Assembly: GCA_021808995.1 (NCBI GenBank)
Contig: JAKBAP010000001.1
Span: 1-46,260 of the forward strand
Direction: 5' to 3'
From: Planctomycetota bacterium
GTDB taxonomy: Bacteria; Planctomycetota; Planctomycetia; Isosphaerales; Isosphaeraceae
Length of the DNA: 46,260 nucleotides
Part shown: one piece after another, positions 20,470 through 30,300 of the stretch
Numbering within the stretch: the first letter of the stretch is position 1
Layout: every line of letters begins with the position of its first letter
Notes under the pieces: model-generated
Told to the model about the DNA's origin: nothing
What the model saw: only the letters and a program-made list of their open reading frames with translations
Databases searched by the model: none
Program-made: the position numbers and the translations under genes

Positions 20470-21081
20470 TTGAGCTCGAAATCCGATGAACGCGTCCTGG
20501 TCGTCCCAGCCCTGGCCCTCGATCAACTCGGGCGATTCCAGGGCTTTCACCCCGACGCCGAGCACTACCTGTCAGCCCTGCTGGTTCCCGAGCTCATGGA
20601 CTATCGCCCGCGCTCGGAGGTCGAGACCGATCCTAGCCTCAAGCAAATCATCCCTTACGTCGTCTTTCGCTGCCATAACGAGGCGTTTTGCTATACGAGG
20701 GGCTCGTCGCAAGGAGAGTCACGCCTGCATCGCCTGCGATCGCTGGGCGTCGGCGGCCATGTCGCCCAGGAAGACGCCGGCGGCGAACGCACCCGAGGTG
20801 CCTACGAGCTCGCTCTCAAGCGCGAGCTCGACGAGGAAGTCGCCGTCTCCAGCCCCGGGCGCATCCAGCTCGTGGGCCTGATCAATGACGACTCGACCCC
20901 GGTCGGCCAGGTCCACCTGGGCGTGATCCACCGGTTTGATCTCGATCAACCCCTGGTCACGCCCCGCGAACATGGGCTCGCCGAGGCGGCGTTCCTTTCC
21001 TTCGATCAGATCCGCGCGCTTCGCGGCGAGTTCGAGACCTGGTCCCAATTCTGCATCGACTCAGTGCTCGACCACCCCTGA
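20470..21081 (+). CDS. Predicted NUDIX-family phosphoesterase
   Basis: ETDPSLKQIIPY, ESRLH, SLGVGGHV, RELDEEV, GLINDD, VGQVHLG, FETWSQ; TTG start with GAGG RBS. Confidence 0.85.
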   Translation: MSSKSDERVLVVPALALDQLGRFQGFHPDAEHYLSALLVPELMDYRPRSEVETDPSLKQIIPYVVFRCHNEAFCYTRGSSQGESRLHRLRSLGVGGHVAQEDAGGERTRGAYELALKRELDEEVAVSSPGRIQLVGLINDDSTPVGQVHLGVIHRFDLDQPLVTPREHGLAEAAFLSFDQIRALRGEFETWSQFCIDSVLDHP

Positions 21082-22242
21082 CGCGGCCGCGCGGACCGCG
21101 ACGGGTTTCGCGCCTGGCTGCCGCTCGTCGAGCCAGGCGATGAGGGGGGGGAAAATCTCCCGAGGCGCATGGCGGCTCCAGACCAGGTCACAGTGGCCAT
21201 AGTCGGCCACGTTGCCATTGGCCCTGCCAAACCGCCAGAGCGTCTTATCAGAGCTGCCGATCGCCGCGAACGTCAGCTCGGTCGAGGGCACGTCCGAGAG
21301 CAGGTCGGCATCTCCGGCGACCAGCAGAGTCGGCGTCTTGACCTCGCCCAGACGCGCGGCAAAGTCAATCCGCCGATCCGCCGAAAGCATGTGACCATAT
21401 TCGAGATACGGCCTGAGCTGCTTGAGCGCCCCAGGACCGGTGTCCTCCAGTGCATAGCCATAAAAACGCGAGATCGTCCGGGGTTCGACGTTTTCGCTCG
21501 TGTAATAGAAGCGGTCGATCATCCCCATCCCCGGCAGGCGAAAATACTTGAGTGGCCTGCCCATCCGGCCCGGGCTCGCCACCAGGGCCAGCGCCCGCAG
21601 TCCACGATTCGCGAGGATGATGTCGTGATGGGGCGCGTCGGCCTGGATGATCGTGCTCCCCATCCCCACGAAATTCGCGATCCGCCCCGTATCATGGCCG
21701 AGCTCCAGGTAGGGAAAGATCAGCATCCCGCCTAGGCTATGACCGATCCAGTTGACCTGGTCGCGGCCCGTCACCTTCTCGACGTGATCGAGGATCGCGG
21801 GGACGTCGAATCGCACCATGTCATCGACGGTCCAGCTCCGTTCGCCGCGCTCCCTGATGAAGGTCTGCCGAAGCATCGGGTTCACGAAGTCGAACCTGCC
21901 CAACTGGTCATTTTCACCGGAACCACGCATATCGAAGACAAAAACCTCGTAACCGCGGGCCGCGAGCTGCCCGGGCAGGTGGTCGTCGGTGATCGTCCAG
22001 AAGGTCGCGTTGAGCCCCAGCCCATGGGCCATGATCACCGGGAGCTTGCCCGGATCCGGATGCTCGGGCCGATAGCGTCTGACCCCAATCCGCCAGCCGT
22101 CGCGGGTGGCGACGAATTCGTCGGCGCAAGGCTGCAAGTCCCTGAGCGGCGCGTTCCGGCGCGCGGTCGCGCAGCCGGCGTCGCCAAGCAGGCAGAACAG
22201 CAGCAACAACGAACGGGCGAACGCCCGATCCGGTCGGATCAT
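21061..22242 (-). CDS. Alpha/beta hydrolase, exported (possible lipoprotein)
   Basis: HGLG oxyanion motif, GHSLGG nucleophile elbow, GDADLL, DYGHCDL; hydrophobic N-terminus ending AGC. Confidence 0.88.
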   Translation of the reverse strand: MIRPDRAFARSLLLLFCLLGDAGCATARRNAPLRDLQPCADEFVATRDGWRIGVRRYRPEHPDPGKLPVIMAHGLGLNATFWTITDDHLPGQLAARGYEVFVFDMRGSGENDQLGRFDFVNPMLRQTFIRERGERSWTVDDMVRFDVPAILDHVEKVTGRDQVNWIGHSLGGMLIFPYLELGHDTGRIANFVGMGSTIIQADAPHHDIILANRGLRALALVASPGRMGRPLKYFRLPGMGMIDRFYYTSENVEPRTISRFYGYALEDTGPGALKQLRPYLEYGHMLSADRRIDFAARLGEVKTPTLLVAGDADLLSDVPSTELTFAAIGSSDKTLWRFGRANGNVADYGHCDLVWSRHAPREIFPPLIAWLDERQPGAKPVAVRAAASGVVEH

Positions 22243-22341
22243 CGCGACTGAGATCCCTCTCGCGGAGGAAAACGCCGAGAGCCTCCCTGCTCAACGGCGT
22301 CGCGGATTCTAGCGGACAAGTCCCGACAAGGGAACGCCATG

Positions 22342-22384
22342 AAAAAAAAACGCGAGATCGAGCACGGTTGATCCGTCAATCTCG
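22342..22384 (-). terminator. Intrinsic terminator downstream of hrpB
   Basis: Minus strand reads CGAGATTGA-CGGATCAACCGTGC-TCGATCTCG-CG-T9. Confidence 0.7.
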
Positions 22385-22435
22385 ACCTGAACGGTCCCAC
22401 TTTCCCTGACCGCTCTTTTCGCTCAGTTCGCCCAT

Positions 22436-24988
22436 TTAACGACCGGGGCGAGGTTTCGTCGGCGTGGCCTGGAGCGGATCCTCGGGCCAGGCGTGCTTGG
22501 GATATCGTCCCCGAAGGTCTTTACGGACTTGCTGATACGTGTTGCCCCAGAATCCGCGGAGGTCGCTGGTAATCTGGACCGGCCGGCCATTCGGGGCGAG
22601 CAGGTGGATCACGATCGGGATTCGCCCGCGCGCGACCCTGGGCCCGTCGGTCCAGCCAAACAACTCCTGGACCCGAGCGGCCAAGACGGGCGGTCGTCCC
22701 GCTTCGTAGGCGAGCCGGACCACGCGCCCGCTGGGCAAGGTCACGGACTCGGGAGCGCTCGCGTGGAGCTCGCGTCTCTGGGCGGGATCCAATCGCGTGG
22801 CCAGGATCGCGGTCCAATCGGCCTGTTCCACGCTCTCGCGGCGCGATAGATCCGAACAGATTTGCTCGAGCGAGTCGACGAAGACCGACGCCTCCAGGGC
22901 TGGCCAGGCGAGCTCGGGCACCGCCTCGCTCAGGAACTCGAACCGCCCGATCCACGCCGCCGCCCGCTCGCTCGAACGAGCCAGTGCCTCGGCCTCGGGG
23001 CGTAGGGCCTCGAACAAGACCCGGCCCGCGAGAGCGGGTTCGACGGAGGCGCTCGAATCCTCGCGAAGGACAAGGTCCAGAAACAGCAGCCGCGAGCGAC
23101 CCACGACCCGTCCGCGGGCAACGTCATAGTCCGCGAACGACTCCCGCCTGATCAGCCCCGGCAACCGCCGTTCGAGCCACTCAAAACGCGCTGAGCTGGC
23201 GACCTCGACCAGGATCTCTAGCCCGCCAGGGCCCTTGATCTCGCGGGCGTCGAGCGCCAGGAACAGCTCGGCGTCATGAACGCTGGACCCTGGCGCGAGC
23301 CGCGCGCCCCGGCCGCCGACCATGAGGCCGGTGCCGCGGAGCCCCCGCTTTTTCACCAACCGATCGGGATACGCGAGGAGCAGCCACTCGAGCAGCTCCT
23401 CGTCGTCGCCTCGTGAGCGCCTGGGGTTTCGCTCATCGATCCGCCGCAACAGGTCGTCGCGAGCCCGGGCAACCTGCCGGGCGGCGCTGGGGTCGATCCC
23501 TCGCGTGATCAGCCCTGGCGAAAAGCGCGCCTGCTCGGCGATCTCGAGGAGCTCGAGGCGGTCAAGCACGTCAGAGGCAAGCGCGGTATCGCTCGCGAGG
23601 TCGCTGGAGGGTGCCCGGCCCATCCCCCGCGCCTTAAGGTCGGCCTCGGAAAGGAGCGCGGCCACGCTGGCCCCCTCCCAGGGACGGCCCGCGCTTTGGG
23701 CCTCGACGATCAGCCGGCCCAGCCGGGGATGAACCGGCAGCTCGAGCATCCGATCGCCCATCGCGGTGACGCGAGGGGGATCACCGGTGACAGCGCCCAG
23801 CATCCGCAAGAGAGCGAGCGCCCCCTGCGCGCGTTCCGGCGCGGGGGCGTCGAACCAGTTGAATCGACTGAGATCCCGGACGCCAAACGACAGGATCCCC
23901 AGGATGGTCGCCGCTAGATCGACGCGGTGGATCTCGGGGATCGCGAATTCGGGCCGGCCGAGGAAGTCGCGTTCGGCATAGAGTCGAATGCAGCGCCCTG
24001 GGGCGGTTCGGCCCGCCCGACCGGCGCGCTGGCTGGCGGAGGCCCGGCTGATCGCCTCGATGCGATGGCGATCGACGCCTCGATCGGGATCATGCCGCAC
24101 GAGCCGCTCGAGCCCGGAATCGACGACGGTTGTTACTCCCTCGATCGTGAGCGAGGTCTCGGCGACGTTGGTTGCCAGGATCACCTTTCGCGGACCGCCC
24201 GGCGCGAGGACGCGATCTTGCTCCTCGGCCGGCATCGAACCATGCAGGGTCATCACGACCGCCCCACCGGCTAGCGACCCCAGGGCCCGGCCGGCCCGGC
24301 GGATCTCGGCCATCCCAGGCAGGAAAACCAGAATGTGCCCACGATCGCCGGGGTCCGCGAGCCGCTCGGCAACCGAGGCCGCGATCGCCTGATCGAGCTC
24401 GCGACGGGCGGCCGGCCGATACACGACCTCGACCTCGTGAAGCGCCCCCGGCACGTCGATCACCGGGCAATCGCCCAGATAGCGAGCCAGCGCGCCGGTC
24501 TCCAGGGTCGCCGACATCACCACCAGCATCAGATCCGGGCGCGCGTCGCGACGGATCTCGTTCAAAAGCGCGAGCGCCAGGTCGGCGTGCAGCCCACGCT
24601 CGTGGAACTCGTCGATCACGACCGCGCCGACCGATTCCAGGAACGGGTCCGCGAGCAGCCGCCTCGCCAGCACCCCCTCGGTGAGGAATCGCAGCCTCGT
24701 TTGATTCGAGAACCTGCGTTCGAACCGGATCTGGTATCCGACCTCGCCGCCGACCGTCCAACCGCGCTCGAAGGCGATCCGCGCCGACGCCGCGCGGGCG
24801 GCCACCCGCCGGGGCTCAAGCACCAGGACGTTGGGATGGTCGGGCCCAAGCAGACCCGACTCCAGAATCGCCGGCGGGACGCGGGTCGTCTTGCCCGAGC
24901 CAGGCGCGGACCTGACCACCACCGCCCCACCGGCCGCCGCCGCGAGAATCCCAGGAATCGCCAGATCGATCGGCAACCGCTGCATCAT
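22436..24988 (-). CDS. hrpB: ATP-dependent RNA helicase HrpB
   Basis: PGSGKTT, DEFHER, MSAT, ATNVAETSLTI, QRAGRAGR, C-terminal LLAPNGRPVQITSDL...GRYPKHAWPEDP. Confidence 0.95.
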   Translation of the reverse strand: MMQRLPIDLAIPGILAAAAGGAVVVRSAPGSGKTTRVPPAILESGLLGPDHPNVLVLEPRRVAARAASARIAFERGWTVGGEVGYQIRFERRFSNQTRLRFLTEGVLARRLLADPFLESVGAVVIDEFHERGLHADLALALLNEIRRDARPDLMLVVMSATLETGALARYLGDCPVIDVPGALHEVEVVYRPAARRELDQAIAASVAERLADPGDRGHILVFLPGMAEIRRAGRALGSLAGGAVVMTLHGSMPAEEQDRVLAPGGPRKVILATNVAETSLTIEGVTTVVDSGLERLVRHDPDRGVDRHRIEAISRASASQRAGRAGRTAPGRCIRLYAERDFLGRPEFAIPEIHRVDLAATILGILSFGVRDLSRFNWFDAPAPERAQGALALLRMLGAVTGDPPRVTAMGDRMLELPVHPRLGRLIVEAQSAGRPWEGASVAALLSEADLKARGMGRAPSSDLASDTALASDVLDRLELLEIAEQARFSPGLITRGIDPSAARQVARARDDLLRRIDERNPRRSRGDDEELLEWLLLAYPDRLVKKRGLRGTGLMVGGRGARLAPGSSVHDAELFLALDAREIKGPGGLEILVEVASSARFEWLERRLPGLIRRESFADYDVARGRVVGRSRLLFLDLVLREDSSASVEPALAGRVLFEALRPEAEALARSSERAAAWIGRFEFLSEAVPELAWPALEASVFVDSLEQICSDLSRRESVEQADWTAILATRLDPAQRRELHASAPESVTLPSGRVVRLAYEAGRPPVLAARVQELFGWTDGPRVARGRIPIVIHLLAPNGRPVQITSDLRGFWGNTYQQVRKDLRGRYPKHAWPEDPLQATPTKPRPGR

Positions 24989-25033
24989 CTTGGTCGGCCG
25001 TCGCGAGGGGTAAGGCCGTCCGAGCCCGCTCCC

Positions 25034-26959
25034 TTACCCAATGGGATAAAACGGTGCATGATCAGGCCCCAGTCTGGGCGCTTTCGGAATCCGAGGCAAG
25101 CCGCCGATGGGGACCAGCTTGCCATGGATGAACTTGTAATACGTCCCCGTCGGCGGGACCGGATGCAAGCGCGAGGTCCGGCGGTGCGGATTGCCGGCGA
25201 ACATCACGGCCGTCGCCTTCGAAGGCCTAAATCGCACGTGCCCAGCCAACCCGATCAGCTTGTTCGTGCCCGGCCCGCCAATCAGGGTCGTCTGTCCGAA
25301 CCAGCCATGTTCGAGGCTAAAGCCCGATCCACCGGTGACGTAATTGCGAATCCCATGTCCGCCATCGAGCGTGACCGGGATCGTCACCGAGGGGTCCACC
25401 ACGATGTCATTGTTGGCCCTGCGACCACCAAAGACCACGACCTCGTTCAGGCTCGAGATCGCCGGTTGGGTCGAATCCAGCACGCCGTTGACCGTCACCT
25501 CGATGATGTCGCTTCCGGTCCCCGAGGGGTTCGCGACCTGGTCGACCTGGATCTTGTTCGTCCCCTTGTCGTATCGCGGCAACGGTGTCACGAACAACAC
25601 CGGCCCAACCAGGGCGACCGTCCCCGTGAGGATCGGCCCGACCTGGATCGTGGCCGTGGCGGAATTGCTGGTGGTCGTCAGCGAGGTCGGGATATTCGTG
25701 CTTCCCTGTTGCGGGCCGGTCCCGGTCACGTCGTAGCTCACCTTGTCGGTACCCAGAAAGCCAGGGTTGGGGGTATAGGTAAAGGTCCCGGTCGTGGCGT
25801 TGAAATTCGACACGGTCCCGTGCTGGGGCTGAGACAACAGCGTGTAGCTCAGCGTCGAGGGGGTAGCCGAATTGGGGTATCCGCTTGTTCCCGATAGCGT
25901 CACCGTCGTCGGCGTGTTGAGCTTCGTCGTCGCCGAGACCGCGTTCGCGAACGGCTTGAAATTGATCGGAGGACTGATCGGACCGGCGTACGCCCCCACG
26001 GTCACCACGAACGACTGGCTCACCTGGAGATGGCTCAGGGTGTCGGTCGCCGTCACCGTGATCGTCGACGTCTGGCCCTGGGCCGCCTGGGTCGTATCCA
26101 AGACGAGGACGCCGTTGGGATCCTGCGAGGAGAGCGAGGCCGACGTAATGTTGATCGGGTTTACAGGATAGGAATTCTCTTGCGTCACCGGGTTGGCCTG
26201 GACCGGAACCTGGGTCATCTTGGCCAGAATTGTCTGCCCGGTGAGCATCTGCCCAAAGATCGTATATCCATAGCCGAGGGCGGAGTTGGGCGACCCCGTC
26301 GTGATGAAAAACTGGGTGTCGTTGGTGCCATTCGGCGCGGGGGAGCCAGCGTTGTTCGCGTTGGCCATCGCGAGCTGATCAACGCCGGTGAAGGCGAGCT
26401 GCTGAATGTTTTCATTGGGGAAGGGCGTCCCAGGCTGCCCGCTCGAGCCCGTCCCAGTGCGATTGGGCGCTCCCCCCTGCGCGATATAGTCGGTGGCGTT
26501 GGGGAAACCGCCAAAGATCCGAGTGAAATACTTGTTGGTATACCAACCATCATTGGTGAATGTCTGAATCTCATTGACCGTATTGGGCGTCAGATCCTTG
26601 AAGAGCTGAAACGTCATCGGACCCGAGAAGTTGTTCGAGGTATTCGAGGGATCGGTGTACGAGACATTGACCGTCCAGAACAGCGACCCCCCCGCGATCG
26701 AGGCGGCCACCTCGGGATTGCTCGAGGTCACGGAGAAGGTCTGGGGGTCCGTGAACCCACTCGCCGCCAGGAGCGGGACGGTATAACCCTGCTTGGACGG
26801 AACCGTCAAGTTGGTGATCGGCTGGAGCGAGGCGTTCGAACCGGTCATGAGCCGGCGATCCTCGAGCCGCTCAAGCCCGAGCCTCGAACTCACCCGACGC
26901 CGCGGCAGGGTCGCCCCAACCTTCGTGAATGATCCAAACTGATTCAGACGTCGCCACAT
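25034..26959 (-). CDS. Cyclophilin-type peptidyl-prolyl isomerase domain protein with planctomycete extracellular leader and Ig/cadherin-like repeat
   Basis: GGAG RBS before ATG 26959; LERLEDRRLM leader; PNTVNEI, FTRI, YIAQGG, LAMAN, TNDTQFFIT, YTIFGQ; PQHGTV...FTYTPNPGFLGTDKVSY repeat. The ORF-track start at 27892 overlaps the kinase and is an over-extension. Confidence 0.87.
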   Translation of the reverse strand: MWRRLNQFGSFTKVGATLPRRRVSSRLGLERLEDRRLMTGSNASLQPITNLTVPSKQGYTVPLLAASGFTDPQTFSVTSSNPEVAASIAGGSLFWTVNVSYTDPSNTSNNFSGPMTFQLFKDLTPNTVNEIQTFTNDGWYTNKYFTRIFGGFPNATDYIAQGGAPNRTGTGSSGQPGTPFPNENIQQLAFTGVDQLAMANANNAGSPAPNGTNDTQFFITTGSPNSALGYGYTIFGQMLTGQTILAKMTQVPVQANPVTQENSYPVNPINITSASLSSQDPNGVLVLDTTQAAQGQTSTITVTATDTLSHLQVSQSFVVTVGAYAGPISPPINFKPFANAVSATTKLNTPTTVTLSGTSGYPNSATPSTLSYTLLSQPQHGTVSNFNATTGTFTYTPNPGFLGTDKVSYDVTGTGPQQGSTNIPTSLTTTSNSATATIQVGPILTGTVALVGPVLFVTPLPRYDKGTNKIQVDQVANPSGTGSDIIEVTVNGVLDSTQPAISSLNEVVVFGGRRANNDIVVDPSVTIPVTLDGGHGIRNYVTGGSGFSLEHGWFGQTTLIGGPGTNKLIGLAGHVRFRPSKATAVMFAGNPHRRTSRLHPVPPTGTYYKFIHGKLVPIGGLPRIPKAPRLGPDHAPFYPIG

Positions 26960-27316
26960 GCCTGGATTCTCCGACCTGGGTCGATCGTGCGCGGTCTCGA
27001 CTCCCAACGTATCGGTTGTAAGGGTCATTGGGCTTAAGCCGCTTCTCCCCGGAGGTCCCCGCGACACACCCTCCATTTCCTCCCTACCGTGATGGTCCAA
27101 AACAACTTGCGCTGTTTCGCGGGATCTCGATGGTTGACAGGCTGGGCGCGACCACTTATAGTAGAGACATAGCCATTCGATTGCATGCTTGCGATACCTG
27201 TCGGCCCAATTCTGGCGTGATTCCGATAGGAGCCTCTTTGTTGCGACACGGAACGGTCGCGGTTCGCGACCAAGTCGTGTCGCCGTGGCGAGTCCTCTAG
27301 TGATGAGCGCGAGTCG

Positions 27317-30300
27317 ATGTTGACACCCCAAGAGTCTGGACCAAAAGGCGACGCCGAATCCGACCAGCCCAAGGGGGCCGGCCGGATCGATGGCGCGTTC
27401 GCGAGCGCGGGCGCCGCCGACGCGCCAACGGTTCAGCGGGGCTCGGGAAGCTCGTCGCGCAAGGCCGCGGGGGCGAATTCGGACACGGCCCGCACGATTC
27501 CCCGCCCCGGCGACCAGATCGGCGGCTTCCTGCTCGAGCAAGTCATCGGCGAAGGGGGAATGGGGGCGGTCTTTCGGGCGGTCGACCCCAGGCTCGACCG
27601 CGAGGTCGCGCTCAAGCTCTTGCCCCTCGCCCAGGACGCCGACCCCGAGGTCGTTCAGCGCTTCCTCGAGGAGGGTCGATCCGCCGCCCGGCTCGATCAC
27701 GAAAACGTCGCGCGGGTCTACAGCATCGGCCAGGACGGCCCCTACCATTACATCGCCTTCGAATACATCGCGGGCGAAACCATCCGCCAGCGGGTCGAGA
27801 CCACGGGACCACTCACCCCCGCGCAGGCCATCACCATCACCCTGGAAATCGCCCACGCCCTGGTCCATTCCGCCAGCCGCGGCGTCGTCCACCGCGACAT
27901 CAAGCCCTCGAACATCATCATCACCCCCCAGGGACGGGCCAAGCTCGTCGACATGGGCCTCGCCCGCCGCTTCGAACGCGAAGGGGACCAGGGCCTCACC
28001 CAGACCGGCGTCACCCTGGGCACGTTTGATTATATCAGCCCCGAACAGGCCCGCGACCCCCGCGACGTCGACATCCGAAGCGATCTCTATTCACTGGGAT
28101 GCACGCTGTATCATATGCTCACGGGGCATCCTCCATTCCCCGGGGGGACGTGGCTCCAGAAGCTGATCCAGCACCAGGAGGAGCGCCCGCCGGACCCTCG
28201 GAGCGAACGGCCGGAGATTCCGGCCTCCCTGGCCGCGCTCACGGTGAAGCTCATGGCCAAGGACCGAGAGCGGCGGTGCCAATCGCCAGAAATCCTGGTG
28301 CGCGATTTGATTGTGATCGCGGCCGATCTCGGGGTGGATCTGGGGGGCGATGGGCATGGCTGGGGCGACCCGTTGCCGCGCGCGGCCTGGGAACGGCACC
28401 TGGCGTGGAGCGCCCCGGCGGCGGGATTCGTGCTGGTGCTGTTGGCGCTGGTCGCCTGGAATCGGGAGACGCCCGATCCGGCCGCGCCGCGCCCCGAGCG
28501 CCCGGTGGTGGCGGCGCGTCCGATCGAGCCGGCCCGGGTCGGCGGCCCTGAATCCAAGCCCTCCGCCGGTGGCGACCCCTCGCCCCCGGTCGAGCCCCCC
28601 CAGTTCAACCCCCGCACCATCCCGGTCAGCTCGAACGAGGATCTGCTGGAGATCCTGTCCCAGGCACCGCCGCGATCCGTGGTGGTTCTGGCCGATGATG
28701 GACCCTATCGCATCGGGGGGAGGGCCTGGTCCTCGCGCCCCACGCCGCCCCTGGCCAACCTGGACCTGACCATCAAGCCCGAGGCAGGCGTCCGCCCGGT
28801 GATCCGGTTCGCGTCCGACGCCTTTCTGGCCGAGCGGCCCTCGAGCACGATTTTTGAGTTCATTGGCGGGCGCATCGTCCTCGACGGGCTGGATTTCGAG
28901 GTCGAGTCCACCGACGGCAATCTCGCCCTGACCGCGATCAAGGTCGACGGCGCGGAGCTCACGATCCGCGGCTGTACGTTCCGGCGGCCCTCGTCACAGG
29001 GGGCCGAAAACGTGACGGCCCTCGCGATCAAGGCGTTCGAGGGGCGGTCGTGGACCGAGCGCCCGCCGGCGGTCGTCGTTGACGCGAGCCATTTCGACGG
29101 CGACCAGATTGGCCTGCGGGCGTCGGGGGCGGTCGACGTGGTCTTGCGGGATTGCACGATGGGGCCAGGGGTGCCCTCGTTTCTGCTGGGCGACTCGGCT
29201 CGGCCGACCAATTCGCCGGTCGAGCTGAGGCTGATGCATTCCAGCATCCTGGTGGGCGAGACCGAGGTCTTTCGGATCAAGGGGGGGCCGGCGCGGGTCT
29301 GGGCCGACGATTGCGTCATCGCCCGTTCGGGTGCCCGATCGGGGACCTTGGTCGCGGTTCCCGACGAGCGCGAGCTCATCTGGCGCGGTCGATCGAATCT
29401 CTATGGGGGGATTGGCGAGTTCCTGCGGGTCGGCGGTGCCGACAAGGGGGTCGACTTCGCGCGCTGGAGCGACGCCGCCAGCCTGCGTGAGACGGGCGGG
29501 CGAGCGGTCTCGGCCTCGCCCTGGGCGGCGGCCGAGCCGGCGGTGACCCTCAAGAAATATCGCGAAAACCCTTCGCGAGCGTTTCAGCTCGCTGCGGCTG
29601 GCGGGGGCCAGGCGGGGGCCAGGCAGGGCCCCCAGGGAGCGATTCCTAGGCCTGTGATCGCGGCCCCACCCGAGGTCAATCTCGTCGCGAGCAAGGATCC
29701 GGCCCGTCCGCTTGATCAAGCCGATACGTTCGCTCGCCCCGGTTCGCGTGGCGAGCCGATCATCGACGAGCTGACCAATCCCCGCGCCATCCGCGACCCC
29801 AAGGGAGAGGCCGACGACCCCATGACCCTCCCCACCATGCCCCCGTCGACCCAGCTCGAGGCCGAGAACCGCCCCCCGGCCAATCCCGATCCACCAGTCG
29901 TCCAGTCACCCACCCAGGAATCGCGGCCTACCAGCCCCGAGCGCGACGCCGATCGCGAGCTCAAGCAAACCGATCCCGCGATGGTCCACGACGCGTCACG
30001 GCTGGCCGACGAACTGCGCAGGGCCGGCCAGCGCGGCGGGATTGTCACCCTCGCCCCCGGCTCGCGGATCGACACCCCCACGATCGTCCTCGAAGGGGAC
30101 GGCCGCCGCGAGATCCTCGCTGGACCCGACGGCGAGCGACCCCGCCTTCGCCTCCGGATCCCAGCGGGTTCGCCCCCGCTGGCCAATGCCTGGACCACCC
30201 TTCTCGACCTCCGATCGGGCTCGCTGCGGATCAAGGGCGTGGACCTGATCGTGACCGAGACGGACCCGTCCTCGAGCGCCCGTGTCGCCGCCGTCGGCGT

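Noticed and set aside
26960..27892. N-terminal 311 aa of the 952-aa ORF
   Set aside because: Mostly antisense to the kinase; the RBS and leader motif place the start at 26959.
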